DNA of 64,000 nucleotides from an uncultured Acidobacteriaceae bacterium (GTDB lineage: Bacteria > Acidobacteriota > Terriglobia > Terriglobales > Acidobacteriaceae), in assembly GCA_963836675.1 (NCBI GenBank), contig CAWIKQ010000005.1:177492-241491 (forward strand). The letters run 5' to 3'. Under the pieces are notes generated by a model. It did no database searches. It was not told where the DNA came from and was given only the letters and a program-made list of their open reading frames with translations. Below, piece by piece: positions 28,636 through 38,152 of the stretch; position 1 is the first letter of the stretch, and each line of letters begins with the position of its first letter. Made by a program: the position numbers and the translations under genes.

Positions 28636-29597
28636 CGGAGATCACAGCCGATCCTTGTACGTCGAAGAGCGCCGGTTAGCGTGTCGACCCTGTTTTGCGC
28701 CGTTGTCTCCGGCATCAGCCCGAGGCGCGCCGCCAGAAACCAGGAAACACCTGCCGAGATAATAAATCCGATTCCCGGCATCAGCACCACCGTTCCAAAA
28801 ACCAGCATGGGCGTATTCAAATCCGGTTCCGCGTGCCGCAATTGCAAGAGCCCTATGCCCAGCAGCACCATCACGATACCTGTTTGCAGCGGCGTCAGAA
28901 TTCGGGCGATGGCCCCCGGTACCCGCTGCCTCTGCTCGAACTCCACCGGGATCGGCGCAGCCTCCAGGTACTTTCTTCCGGCATCCGTTCCCATGTAGGC
29001 AGCCAGTTCCTGGTTGCTTGTGAACCTTTCGATCAGCCTTCCGTGGACCTCGCTCTGCATCTTGAAAATGCGGCTCCATCGCCGGTTCTCGATAAACATT
29101 CGTGCAAGAAGAATGATCGCGACGAGGCCACATGCGAAAGCGATCAGGGGAACCAGATCGCTCCACATCCGATCGAACGATGAGATCGGATTCTGGGACC
29201 GATAGACATCCGGCCACACTGCGCGCTCCAGCGCTTCGTCGGGCTGCCCTTCCTCGTGTTTCAGATGGGAGAAGAGGTAAAACTCGGGATTGCGCGCTAT
29301 CTCGGGATGGGCCGTCAGAAATGCCGCAAGCTGCGGATTGTTCCTGGCCACGTACTCCTGATTCGATAGAAGCGACGGATCGTGCGAAACGACGGTCGTC
29401 AAGGTGGGGCTGAGTCGCAGAAGGCGAATCAGCTCACTCTGCATCTCAGCCACATCGCGTTCATTGGGGGCAACAGCGGGGCTCGCTGGTGGCGCTGCCT
29501 GTGAGGGCCGCTGCTGCGCCATTCCCAGACTCGCCAGCATTAGAACTGTCAGGGCAATTGCGGAAAGAATCCGGTACACCATTCGCCGCTTCTTCAT
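28632..29597 (-). CDS. hypothetical membrane protein, first gene of the ECF operon
   Basis: Signal peptide MKKRRMVYRILSAIALTVLMLASLGMAQ, then a soluble region, then three or more TM segments. 4-nt overlap with the sigma gene. Confidence 0.55.
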   Translation of the reverse strand: MKKRRMVYRILSAIALTVLMLASLGMAQQRPSQAAPPASPAVAPNERDVAEMQSELIRLLRLSPTLTTVVSHDPSLLSNQEYVARNNPQLAAFLTAHPEIARNPEFYLFSHLKHEEGQPDEALERAVWPDVYRSQNPISSFDRMWSDLVPLIAFACGLVAIILLARMFIENRRWSRIFKMQSEVHGRLIERFTSNQELAAYMGTDAGRKYLEAAPIPVEFEQRQRVPGAIARILTPLQTGIVMVLLGIGLLQLRHAEPDLNTPMLVFGTVVLMPGIGFIISAGVSWFLAARLGLMPETTAQNRVDTLTGALRRTRIGCDLR

Positions 29598-29857
29598 GGT
29601 TGTTTGTCTGTGCCTCTGCCCGAATAACGAACGAGACCCAGCCATGGTTAACAACTTTTCCCTGCTTTTTTAGCTCCGCCGATCTGTGCCGGCGGTCACA
29701 CTACCTCGGCGATGGGATTCCACTTTGGCGGAATTCAAACAAAACGCTCAATCAGGTTACTTTGTACCTATCCCAGATCTGCACTGTTGGGTTTCATTGG
29801 TTGTGCGTTTTACAAATCTCCCTTAGTTGGCTTTCGCCCAAGAGGAGAACAGGTACG

Positions 29858-30061
29858 ATGGACGAGTTCTACCAACCCAGGCTCTTCGCCCGGCTTAAGC
29901 AAAGCTACTCCGATCCTCGGAATACCCTGACCTGGGCCCTTTTCATCTGGTCTTTCACTGCTGTAACTTTTGCACTTTTCATGCCCTTCGAAGCTACCTT
30001 GTTCCGCTCCGTTGCTGTGGCAGCCGGCTGGTCCGCAATTCATCTTTTGCGGCGCTCATAA
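29858..30061 (+). CDS. possible small two-TM membrane protein
   Basis: AGGAGA lies 9 nt before the ATG. MDEFYQPRLF...TWALFIWSFTAVTFALFMPF...AVAAGWSAIHLL. 67 aa, no homology recognised. Confidence 0.35.
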   Translation: MDEFYQPRLFARLKQSYSDPRNTLTWALFIWSFTAVTFALFMPFEATLFRSVAVAAGWSAIHLLRRS

Positions 30062-30412
30062 GTCCGGCTTCCTTTCTCCGAGATTGTCGCGGCTGGTTTT
30101 GGAGTCAACCAGGCCATCGGAAATCCCTCTCGACGTGACGAACTCCACTTTCTACCCGCAGCCTGAGCCGCACATCCGTCGCCTCTACCACAAACATGGT
30201 TGCCGCGAATCATCTTCGATTGATCATCGCCGGAGCCTTCTTGCTACTGAACGCCGGAGTAGTCGATTGGAGGGTCCGCTTTGGCGAATACAAGGCGAAA
30301 ATCAGTTGGTTTACTACATATGCACTTCTCCGCCGTTTACAAATCGCGCTAAACTTCTCACTCTGCGGGTTTGCGCCCCAATTTCTGTTTTCACCCGCTT
30401 TTGGGAGGTTTC

Positions 30413-31339
30413 ATGGCACGTCCATACTGGTCAGGCAACGTACAGATCTCTCTCGTCTCTTTCGGCGTGAGCTTGTATGTCGCCACCGAGAGCAAAGGCC
30501 AGATCAGCTTTCACCAGATCAGCCGCCAAACCGGAGAGCGGATTCGTCATCAGAAAGTATTGGAGAGCGCGGCTGAGAGCCGTGAAGCCACGACAGCCGT
30601 CGAGTCGGACGAAATCGTGAAGGGCTACGAATACCGCAAGGGCCAGTACGTCATCATTGAACCAAGCGAACTCGAAAACCTTCGCGTGCCCTCCAAGCAC
30701 ACTGTCGCGATCTCGCAATTCATCGATATTTCCGAACTGAACCCCGAATACGTTGAAAAGCCTTACTTTGTCACGCCTGAGAACGACATGTCGGCCGAGG
30801 CATTCAATGTGGTGCGCCAGGCGCTGGTGAATACCGGAAAGGCAGCCATCGGAAAGGTCGCCTTCTCCGGCCGCGAACATATCTTTGCGCTGGTGCCTGC
30901 GGGCCCCGACAGTCCCGGCATGATGGGATACACGCTGCGCTTTCAATACGAGTTGCGCAATCGCGCCGACTATTTCCGCGACATCAAGCAGCCTGCAATC
31001 TCGCCGGACTCGCTGCAACTTGCGGAGATGCTTATTGGCCGCATGGGGTCGAGTCTTGACATCAGCAAGTTCGAGGATGGTTACGAGACTGCGGTGAAAG
31101 CCTTGGTCGAGGCCAAGGTCAACAATCTCCCTGTCCCGATCGATGAAGCACCGAAGCAGCGAGCTTCGAACGTCGTCAATCTGATGGATGCGCTGCGCAA
31201 GAGCATCGGCACGGAGAAAGGCGCTGCTCCTCGCGCTACCGGCGCTGCGAAGAAACCCCCGAAGAGCGTGAAGGAACCTCCGGCAAAGATCGGCATCGTC
31301 AAGACGCCCGCAAAATCAGCGAAACGGAAGTCAGCTTGA
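30413..31339 (+). CDS. ku: Ku protein (non-homologous end joining)
   Basis: MARPYWSGNVQISLVSFGVSLYVA ... KGYEYRKGQYVII is the bacterial Ku signature. Lys-rich C-terminal tail. Confidence 0.9.
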   Translation: MARPYWSGNVQISLVSFGVSLYVATESKGQISFHQISRQTGERIRHQKVLESAAESREATTAVESDEIVKGYEYRKGQYVIIEPSELENLRVPSKHTVAISQFIDISELNPEYVEKPYFVTPENDMSAEAFNVVRQALVNTGKAAIGKVAFSGREHIFALVPAGPDSPGMMGYTLRFQYELRNRADYFRDIKQPAISPDSLQLAEMLIGRMGSSLDISKFEDGYETAVKALVEAKVNNLPVPIDEAPKQRASNVVNLMDALRKSIGTEKGAAPRATGAAKKPPKSVKEPPAKIGIVKTPAKSAKRKSA

Positions 31340-31473
31340 TTCCGCTGACGAGGTTTCTCCGGCATCAGACGGCACACAACGTGCGGTAAGGAAGCGCGGG
31401 AGACGCCGATTCGCCTGCAAAAGCGTACTGCAACCGTCACATCGCCTCCTCGCGGCCCGTACAACGTGATTGA

Positions 31474-31863
31474 ATGGCTCAAGGCCATTCGGAGGCAATG
31501 TTCATGCGAGCGGAAGCCAAGTCATACGCCGAACAGCTGATTTCGCCAGCCGGAGTTTCTGTAAGCGTGCTTCACTTTGAAGGTGACATCGCCGGCACCT
31601 CGAAAAGCACGGTACTTACCACCTTCCACGGACTTCCCAAAGAAGCGTCAAGATACGTTCTGCTGGATTTCACCAAAGTCGGTTACATCAACTCCGGTGG
31701 CATCTCACTGATGGTTCAATTGCTGATGGAAGCCGATCAAGCTGGTCAGAAGGTTCATATGTTCGGACTGTCAACTCACTTTGAGAAGGTCTTCGCTGTT
31801 GCCGGGATCGACAAATATGCAAAGCTCTCTCACGACCTGTCTTCCGCCATGGCCTCGCTTTGA
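31474..31863 (+). CDS. STAS-domain protein (anti-sigma-factor-antagonist-like)
   Basis: VLLDFTKVGYINSGGISLMVQLL ... GLSTHFEKVFAVAGIDKY is the STAS pattern. Confidence 0.7.
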   Translation: MAQGHSEAMFMRAEAKSYAEQLISPAGVSVSVLHFEGDIAGTSKSTVLTTFHGLPKEASRYVLLDFTKVGYINSGGISLMVQLLMEADQAGQKVHMFGLSTHFEKVFAVAGIDKYAKLSHDLSSAMASL

Positions 31864-31910
31864 ACGACGATGAAAGCCTGGCGTCTGAGGCCGGACATGG
31901 TGCCCGGCGC

Positions 31911-34343
31911 TTATTCGTCCCGCAGCAGCACCAGCGGATCGACTGCTAGCGCCCGCCGCGCCGGAATCCACGACGCCAGCATTCCCAGCAGCAGCATGGT
32001 CAGACACACCCCGCCCAGGACCATCGGATCTTTCGGCGTTGCCTGGTACACGATAAACGAGAGCACTCGCGTCGCCAGCACTCCCAGCACCACACCCGCA
32101 ATCGAGCCGATCGCCAGTAGCCGGAAAGCCCTCCCCAACGAAGTCCGAAGCACCTGTTGTCTGCTCGCACCCAGTGCCACGCGGATTCCCAACTCGCGGA
32201 GCCGTTTGCTTACCGTGTACGACGCCATTCCAAAGACACCTGTCACCGCCAGCATCGCGCCCAGCAATCCCAGCACGCCCAGCGCCACTGTAGCCACGCG
32301 TGGAGCGAACAACGCGGTGCTCATCTCCCCGGTCCAGGTACGGATTTCGAGCGGCAATGCGGAATCCATTCCGTGCAGGGTGCGCTCCAGCGCCTCCGTC
32401 ATATCCTGCGGATTGCGATTCGTTCGCACCAGCAGCAACGCCCTCGGAGTCTTCTGCTGCAGGAACGAGAAGAACATTGCCGGCATCTGATCCTCGGTCA
32501 GTGTCCGGTATTTGCCGTCTTCGACCACGCCCACAATCTCTGCTCGGTTTCCACCCCAGAACTTGAAGTGTCCCCCGATCGCCTTGTCGACCGAACCGAA
32601 AACTTTGACTGCGAATTGCCGGTTCACCAGCGCGACTTTAGGCGCCTTGCCATTGTCGTCCAGGGTCAAATTTCTGCCCGCCAGCAACCGCGTTCCCGCC
32701 GCTTCAAGATAGCCCGGCGAAATGTTGTAGTTCATGGCGTCCGCTGCGTAGTTGGTCGGACGATAGTCGGTCGTGGTGTCGGTATATACATAGGAGTCGC
32801 CGCCGCCGAGGCTGAGCGGAAGGTTGCTGATGTAGCCCACGGCCTGGACTCCGGGAATCGCCGCCACCGCGTCGATCATGCGCCGCTGCATCTCCTGGTC
32901 GCGCGCCTCGGGGTATCCCGCCATTTGCAAATCGCTGTCCGCGAGCATCACGTTCTGCGGCTGAAATCCGAAATTGCTGTGCAGCGAACGCGCCAGCCCT
33001 CGCACCGCCACCAGCGACGACGTAACCAGCACCGCGCAAATCGCAATCTGCGTTACCAACAGCACATCGCGCAAGGTGAACCGCTTCATTCCGGTTGTAG
33101 CGCTCATTCCCGTCCGTATCATCTGCCACGGATCCGCGCTCATCACCTGCCGCACCGGAACCATTCCAAATAGGAATCCGCTCAACAGCGCAAGCAGCAA
33201 TGCCACCACGTAGGTGCGAACGTCCGGATTCACCGGCACATTGATCGGAATATCGGGCATCGGTTGCCACGCGCTTAACGCGTGCAGCACCACCACACCG
33301 CCAACTACACCGATTACACCTCCAACCAGCGAAACCAGCACCGCCTCTGTCAGCAGTTGCCGCAGAATCGTTCCTCGTTTCGATCCCAGCGCGAGCCGTA
33401 GCGCGATCTCTTTTCCCCGGTCTGCCGCCCGCGCCGCGAACAGGCTTCCCAGGTTGGCGCAGGCTGCCAGCAGAATCAATCCAGCCAGCAGCATCAGTCC
33501 CGCCATGAAGGCCTTTGCCGGACCGCCGAGCATGTCACCGGCCAGTCCCGGCCTGGCTAGCGAGAGTTTCAGCCCGTCATCGTCCGCCGGATAGGTCTTG
33601 GACAGCGACGCTGCTATTGCATTCAGGTCCGCTGTCGCTTGTGCCGGGGTCACCCCCTGCTTCAGTTTTCCAATCAAGAACGGAGAGTGGTTGCCGCGAT
33701 TTTGGATGAAGTCGTCGTTTCCCATGACCGTCGGCTGCTCGACGATCGGGATCCACATCGCCGGCGCGAAGAAAAGCTCGGTCCCCCGAAACGACGGCGG
33801 AGCCACTCCGATGATCGTCAGCGGTTTCTTGTTGATCTCTATCGTGCGCCCAATTACGCTCTTGTCGCCAAGAAAATGGCCGTGCCAGTAGGTGTAGCTC
33901 AGGACGATGTAAGGAGCGCTGTTCTTTCCCTTCTCATCCGAAGCATGAAAGAACCGACCCAGGTATGGTTGGATCCCAAGCGCATCGAAGTAGTTTCCGC
34001 TCGTCAGGTAGGGCCACGCCGTCGTCGGATTCCCGCCGGAATTCACCCCTACCGGACCGATGATCATCGTAGCCACCATGCTCTCGAAGGTCCGATTCCT
34101 GTCGCGCAGATCCAGGTAGTCCGGGTAAGACTGCGATGGAGTCTGCATTCGAGAGAACGCTCGCTGGATCGTGAACACACTTTCCGGCTGAGGCACATTC
34201 AGGGGCCGCAGAATCAGTGCGTTCAGAACGCTGAAAACTACAGCGTTCGCGCCAATGCCCAGTGCAAGGGTGAAAATAGCGGTGAATGTGAACCCAGGCG
34301 ATTTCGTCAACTGCCGAACTGCGAGCTTCAGATCGCTGAACAT
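31911..34343 (-). CDS. ADOP-family duplicated FtsX/MacB-like ABC permease
   Basis: MFSDLKLAVRQLTKSPGFTFTAIFTLALGIGAN N-terminus, and two FtsX-type 4-TM modules each preceded by a large periplasmic domain. The start was taken at the internal ATG. Confidence 0.85.
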   Translation of the reverse strand: MFSDLKLAVRQLTKSPGFTFTAIFTLALGIGANAVVFSVLNALILRPLNVPQPESVFTIQRAFSRMQTPSQSYPDYLDLRDRNRTFESMVATMIIGPVGVNSGGNPTTAWPYLTSGNYFDALGIQPYLGRFFHASDEKGKNSAPYIVLSYTYWHGHFLGDKSVIGRTIEINKKPLTIIGVAPPSFRGTELFFAPAMWIPIVEQPTVMGNDDFIQNRGNHSPFLIGKLKQGVTPAQATADLNAIAASLSKTYPADDDGLKLSLARPGLAGDMLGGPAKAFMAGLMLLAGLILLAACANLGSLFAARAADRGKEIALRLALGSKRGTILRQLLTEAVLVSLVGGVIGVVGGVVVLHALSAWQPMPDIPINVPVNPDVRTYVVALLLALLSGFLFGMVPVRQVMSADPWQMIRTGMSATTGMKRFTLRDVLLVTQIAICAVLVTSSLVAVRGLARSLHSNFGFQPQNVMLADSDLQMAGYPEARDQEMQRRMIDAVAAIPGVQAVGYISNLPLSLGGGDSYVYTDTTTDYRPTNYAADAMNYNISPGYLEAAGTRLLAGRNLTLDDNGKAPKVALVNRQFAVKVFGSVDKAIGGHFKFWGGNRAEIVGVVEDGKYRTLTEDQMPAMFFSFLQQKTPRALLLVRTNRNPQDMTEALERTLHGMDSALPLEIRTWTGEMSTALFAPRVATVALGVLGLLGAMLAVTGVFGMASYTVSKRLRELGIRVALGASRQQVLRTSLGRAFRLLAIGSIAGVVLGVLATRVLSFIVYQATPKDPMVLGGVCLTMLLLGMLASWIPARRALAVDPLVLLRDE

Positions 34344-34623
34344 GATGGATAATGCTACGCGCATTCCGCGATGCGAGTTCCGACGTTTGCGGTTCACGTG
34401 AGGCAGATCACATCCAATTTCTATTGATTGGAAAAACACCTGATCGAAAGATGACTGCTACCTCCTTTAAGGTCGGCGCCAATCGCTCAGAATGAGGTCA
34501 CTTTTCCGCGATCCTTTGAAACGCAATCTCGTTGACTCTCACAATTCTTCGGGCTAAACTCCCGGCATTCGAGGTAATGCCCGGCAACTTCTTTCGCGAA
34601 CGACATCTTCCGGAGGTTTTTCC

Positions 34624-35752
34624 ATGTTCGATCGTTTGCAATTTATTGCGTTCACTTCCGCTATTCTTTTTCCGGCAACACTCCCTGCGCAGCGACTACA
34701 CCTATCAGGAAACGACGCAGGTCACCGGAGGCTCGCTGCTGAAGATGATGCACACCGTGGGCGTCTTCAGCTCTCAGGCGCGGCACATGGGCGATCCTAT
34801 CGTTTCTACGATCTATCTGAAGGACAATCGGCTGGCAAATGTTTCGCCGGAGCAGATCCAGATCATCGATTTGGATAAAGAGACCATCACCCAGATCGAT
34901 GTGCAGAAGAAGACTTATTCCGTGATGACATTCGACCAGATGAAGCAGGCAATCGAGAATGCGCGTCAACAAATGAAAGAGGAAGCCGCAAAGCAACCTC
35001 AGCAGCCGCAGCCTGAGGATCCCAAGGCACAGGACGTCAAGATGAGCTTCGATGTGAAGGTGCACAAGACGGGTGCGGAAAAGGAGATCAGCGGGCTAAA
35101 CAGTAGCGAGGCCATTCTCACCATGACCATGACGGCTACTAACACCCAGACGCAGCAGTCAGGGAATCTTGCCATCACAAATGACATGTGGATGGTGCCC
35201 GAGGTTCCCGGATATGACCAGGTGCGCGACTTCTACAAGCGCTTTGCCGCAAAGATGGCGGACGCCACGGTGGGATTTGGCTATGACTTCAGCAAAATGC
35301 TCGCACAGAATCCCGGCGCCAACCAGGCTCTCGGCGACATGACCAAGGAGATGCAGAAACTTGACGGCGTTCCGATCATGCAGATCATGCGGATGGGCAC
35401 CACCGCCAACGGACAGCCGCTCCCGGCAGCTTCGGAATCGCCGTCGACCCCCGAGCCCGCCGGTCCTTCGGCAGGAGACGTTGCCAAGGCCGGCATGTCT
35501 TCGGTGATCTCCAGCCACGTCCCAGGGTTCGGCGGATTTGGAAAGAAGAAGCAGAACAACCCGCCGCCAGACCAGAATGCGAATCAGGCAGCTGCACAAC
35601 CGCAAAACGCTATCCTGATGGAGACAAAGATTACAACTTCGAATTTTTCGTCCGAGCCGGTTGACCCGTCTCATTTCGATGTACCGAAGGGATACCAACA
35701 GGTTACGCCGCCTGCGCTGCAGCAGCATAACACCCCGGCCTCCAAACAATAG
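34624..35752 (+). pseudogene. hypothetical secreted protein (Gln/Pro-rich C-terminus), apparent +1 frameshift after the signal peptide
   Basis: GGAGG (34612-34616) lies 7 nt before the ATG at 34624 and gives the signal-like MFDRLQFIAFTSAILFPATLPAQ. The long ORF (frame of 34532) carries the rest from SDYTYQETTQV. Confidence 0.55.
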
Positions 35753-35950
35753 GGTTCCGCGCTATCACCAAATCGATCATGGCGAAGTGGTTTGAAGTAT
35801 TCATACTCGATCCTGGTGTTCGCCTGCCGGGAATTTATGAATCACGGGCGATTCTTGGCAAAATGAGAAGGTGCCGGACATTCCATACCTGCGATTGCAG
35901 ATTACGTTTTCGATCCTGATAACTTCAGTGGCAATTCCCAACACAGCGAG

Positions 35951-36892
35951 ATGAAGGCAAACATCAACGACAATGCATTTGCCCTTCTCCTGCTTGGGCC
36001 CACCGGCAGCGGCAAAACGGCACTCTCGCTCGGGCTTGCGGAACGCTTCAATGGCGAAATTGTTAGTTGCGACTCGGTGGCCGTCTACCGCGGAATGGAC
36101 CTGGGCACCGCCAAGCCAACGCCGAAGGAACGAGCACGTGCCCCACACCATCTCATCGATGTAGCTGATCTCGATCAGCCCTACACAGCAGGAGAATACA
36201 GTCGTAGCGCGCGAGTCGCGATGCGTGAAATCGCGGGTCGAGGCAGGCTCCCCATCGTAACGGGAGGCACCGGCCTTTATCTTCGTGCCCTGACGGAAGG
36301 CCTTTTTGCAGGGCCGGCGCGTCAAAACGATCTCCGGAAACACCTTCGCCGAAGCGCAGACCGCCTTGGCCAGGGCTGGCTGCACCGCCTGCTTACACGG
36401 CTCGATCCTGCGTCTGCCAGGCGCATTCATGCAAATGACCTCTCCAAGCTCATCCGTGCGATCGAGGTGTGCGTGACCACGCGCAGACCCATGTCGCAGG
36501 TGCTCTCGCAAGATCCGCTGACCGGCTTCCGCCTGCTTCGGATTGGTCTCAATCCGCCAAGAGACGCGCTTTATGAACGGCTTAATCGCCGCTGCGCAGA
36601 GATGTTTGCCGCCGGGCTCGTTGAAGAGACGCGCAGTCTTCTTGCTCGCTACGGCCGAGTCAAGGCATTGGACTCTCTCGGCTACCGGCAGTGCCTTGAG
36701 GTTCTGTCCGGGAACTTGTCCGTAGAATCTGCGATACAGGCAGCCCAGCAGGGTCATCGCAACTACGCCAAACGTCAGCTCACCTGGTTTCGCCGCGAGC
36801 CCGACGTTCACTGGATCGAAGCGTTTGGCGATGCTCCGGAGACACTCAGGCGAGCAGGGGAGTTGGTGTGCTCCGCTCTGGCAGGTGAATAA
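35951..36892 (+). CDS. miaA: tRNA dimethylallyltransferase
   Basis: LLLLGPTGSGKTALSLGLAERFNGEIVSCDSVAVYRGMDLGTAKPT and NYAKRQLTWFR. Confidence 0.9.
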   Translation: MKANINDNAFALLLLGPTGSGKTALSLGLAERFNGEIVSCDSVAVYRGMDLGTAKPTPKERARAPHHLIDVADLDQPYTAGEYSRSARVAMREIAGRGRLPIVTGGTGLYLRALTEGLFAGPARQNDLRKHLRRSADRLGQGWLHRLLTRLDPASARRIHANDLSKLIRAIEVCVTTRRPMSQVLSQDPLTGFRLLRIGLNPPRDALYERLNRRCAEMFAAGLVEETRSLLARYGRVKALDSLGYRQCLEVLSGNLSVESAIQAAQQGHRNYAKRQLTWFRREPDVHWIEAFGDAPETLRRAGELVCSALAGE

Positions 36893-37992
36893 AGGCCCGG
36901 ATTGAATCGCGCCCGCACACGAATCAATGGACGTTCCAGCAGCCAGTATGAAGCCTCCGCCGTGACGAAGATGAGGACATATGTCATCCATCCGAACCGC
37001 GCCGGATTACTCGTGAAGATCTGCTGCCATAGATAAACGCTGTAGGAGATGACCCCAATGTGCCGTATCGGGCTGAGATTAAGTATTTGGCCTGCGATCG
37101 ATTCAGGATTTCTGACGGTATACTCCACAATCGATCCAATCGCGCATGCCGTGGCGCTGTATCCAAATGCTAGGGCATATGCTCCAACAGCCGTCCCGGT
37201 CAGCTTTGTCCCTGCGTACGGCAACACCACAAAGCCCAGCACAACAGCACACAGAGCGGAGCGGCCCGTGATCCACCGTTCGCACCAGGCACGCCAGCGA
37301 CTGCTCGTTGCGAGGAGAGCCAGAAGGCAGCCTGTCACAAGCATGTCGATGCTGCTGATGTTGACAATCAGGCGCTGATGATCCGCAGCCTGGGTTCTTG
37401 AGACGACCTCAACAACTCCTCGTGCAATCGGCATCAAGATCAGGATCAGAACAGCTGCGCGTCTCGCTACTCCGCGACGAAAGGCGAAGACAAGCATTGC
37501 CGGCCAGAGGAGATAGAACTGCTCCTCTATGCTCAGCGACCAGGCATGCTGCAGCATCCATCCCTTTGGATTCGGGTGATAAATGATGGTATAGGACGCT
37601 GCGGAAAGAAACGTCGATCCATCCTGCAGATGCAGGCCTGTAACCCAAAGCAGGGCGATCACCCCGAGATAGAGATAGAACGGCGGGAAGATTCGCAGAG
37701 CACGACGTACATAGAAGCGCGAAAGAGAAACGCTGCCGGTGCGATTGAGCTCGCGCAGCAACAGGATTGTGATCAGGTAACCGCTGATCACGAAGAAAAT
37801 CTGCACGCCATGTAGGCCGCCGCCAATCAGATATCGGAAAAGGCCCGATTGCGCGATGGTTGGGGTCATCAGACTTTTTGTATGCGAGAGAACCACAATC
37901 GCGATCGCAATGGCACGCAAACCATCCAGTGAGGGAATATCGTGCTCGGCTGCCGCATCTCCGCGGCGGACAACTGCGACCGCATTTGCCAT
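36808..37992 (-). CDS. acyltransferase family 3 (membrane O-acyltransferase)
   Basis: IPSLDGLRAIAIAIVVLSH N-terminal motif and about 10 TM segments. The 3' end overlaps miaA by 85 nt. Confidence 0.8.
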   Translation of the reverse strand: MANAVAVVRRGDAAAEHDIPSLDGLRAIAIAIVVLSHTKSLMTPTIAQSGLFRYLIGGGLHGVQIFFVISGYLITILLLRELNRTGSVSLSRFYVRRALRIFPPFYLYLGVIALLWVTGLHLQDGSTFLSAASYTIIYHPNPKGWMLQHAWSLSIEEQFYLLWPAMLVFAFRRGVARRAAVLILILMPIARGVVEVVSRTQAADHQRLIVNISSIDMLVTGCLLALLATSSRWRAWCERWITGRSALCAVVLGFVVLPYAGTKLTGTAVGAYALAFGYSATACAIGSIVEYTVRNPESIAGQILNLSPIRHIGVISYSVYLWQQIFTSNPARFGWMTYVLIFVTAEASYWLLERPLIRVRARFNPGLYSPARAEHTNSPARLSVSGASPNASIQ

Positions 37993-38152
37993 CGGACAAT
38001 CCTAATCCGCGTCCAGGCTGCAATTGTCTCCAGGATGTCAGCGAGTGGTAATACTTCGCTGCTGGTTCCACCGGCCTATAGAGGCTAATCCTTTAGACTG
38101 AAGCGTGGATAAGCAGCGCTTTGCCGGCTCGAGCGCGCAGGATTGGAGTTTC

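Noticed and set aside
32157-33173. 338-codon plus-strand ORF
   Set aside because: It is antisense to the ADOP permease. The same reasoning applies to the long shadow ORFs at 14263..15183, 28141..28998, 38616..39410, 42699..43466, 44930..45802 and 46414..47334.
35801-36991. 396-codon minus-strand ORF
   Set aside because: It is antisense to miaA, whose P-loop and C-terminal motifs are clear. No motif is recognisable in the antisense product.
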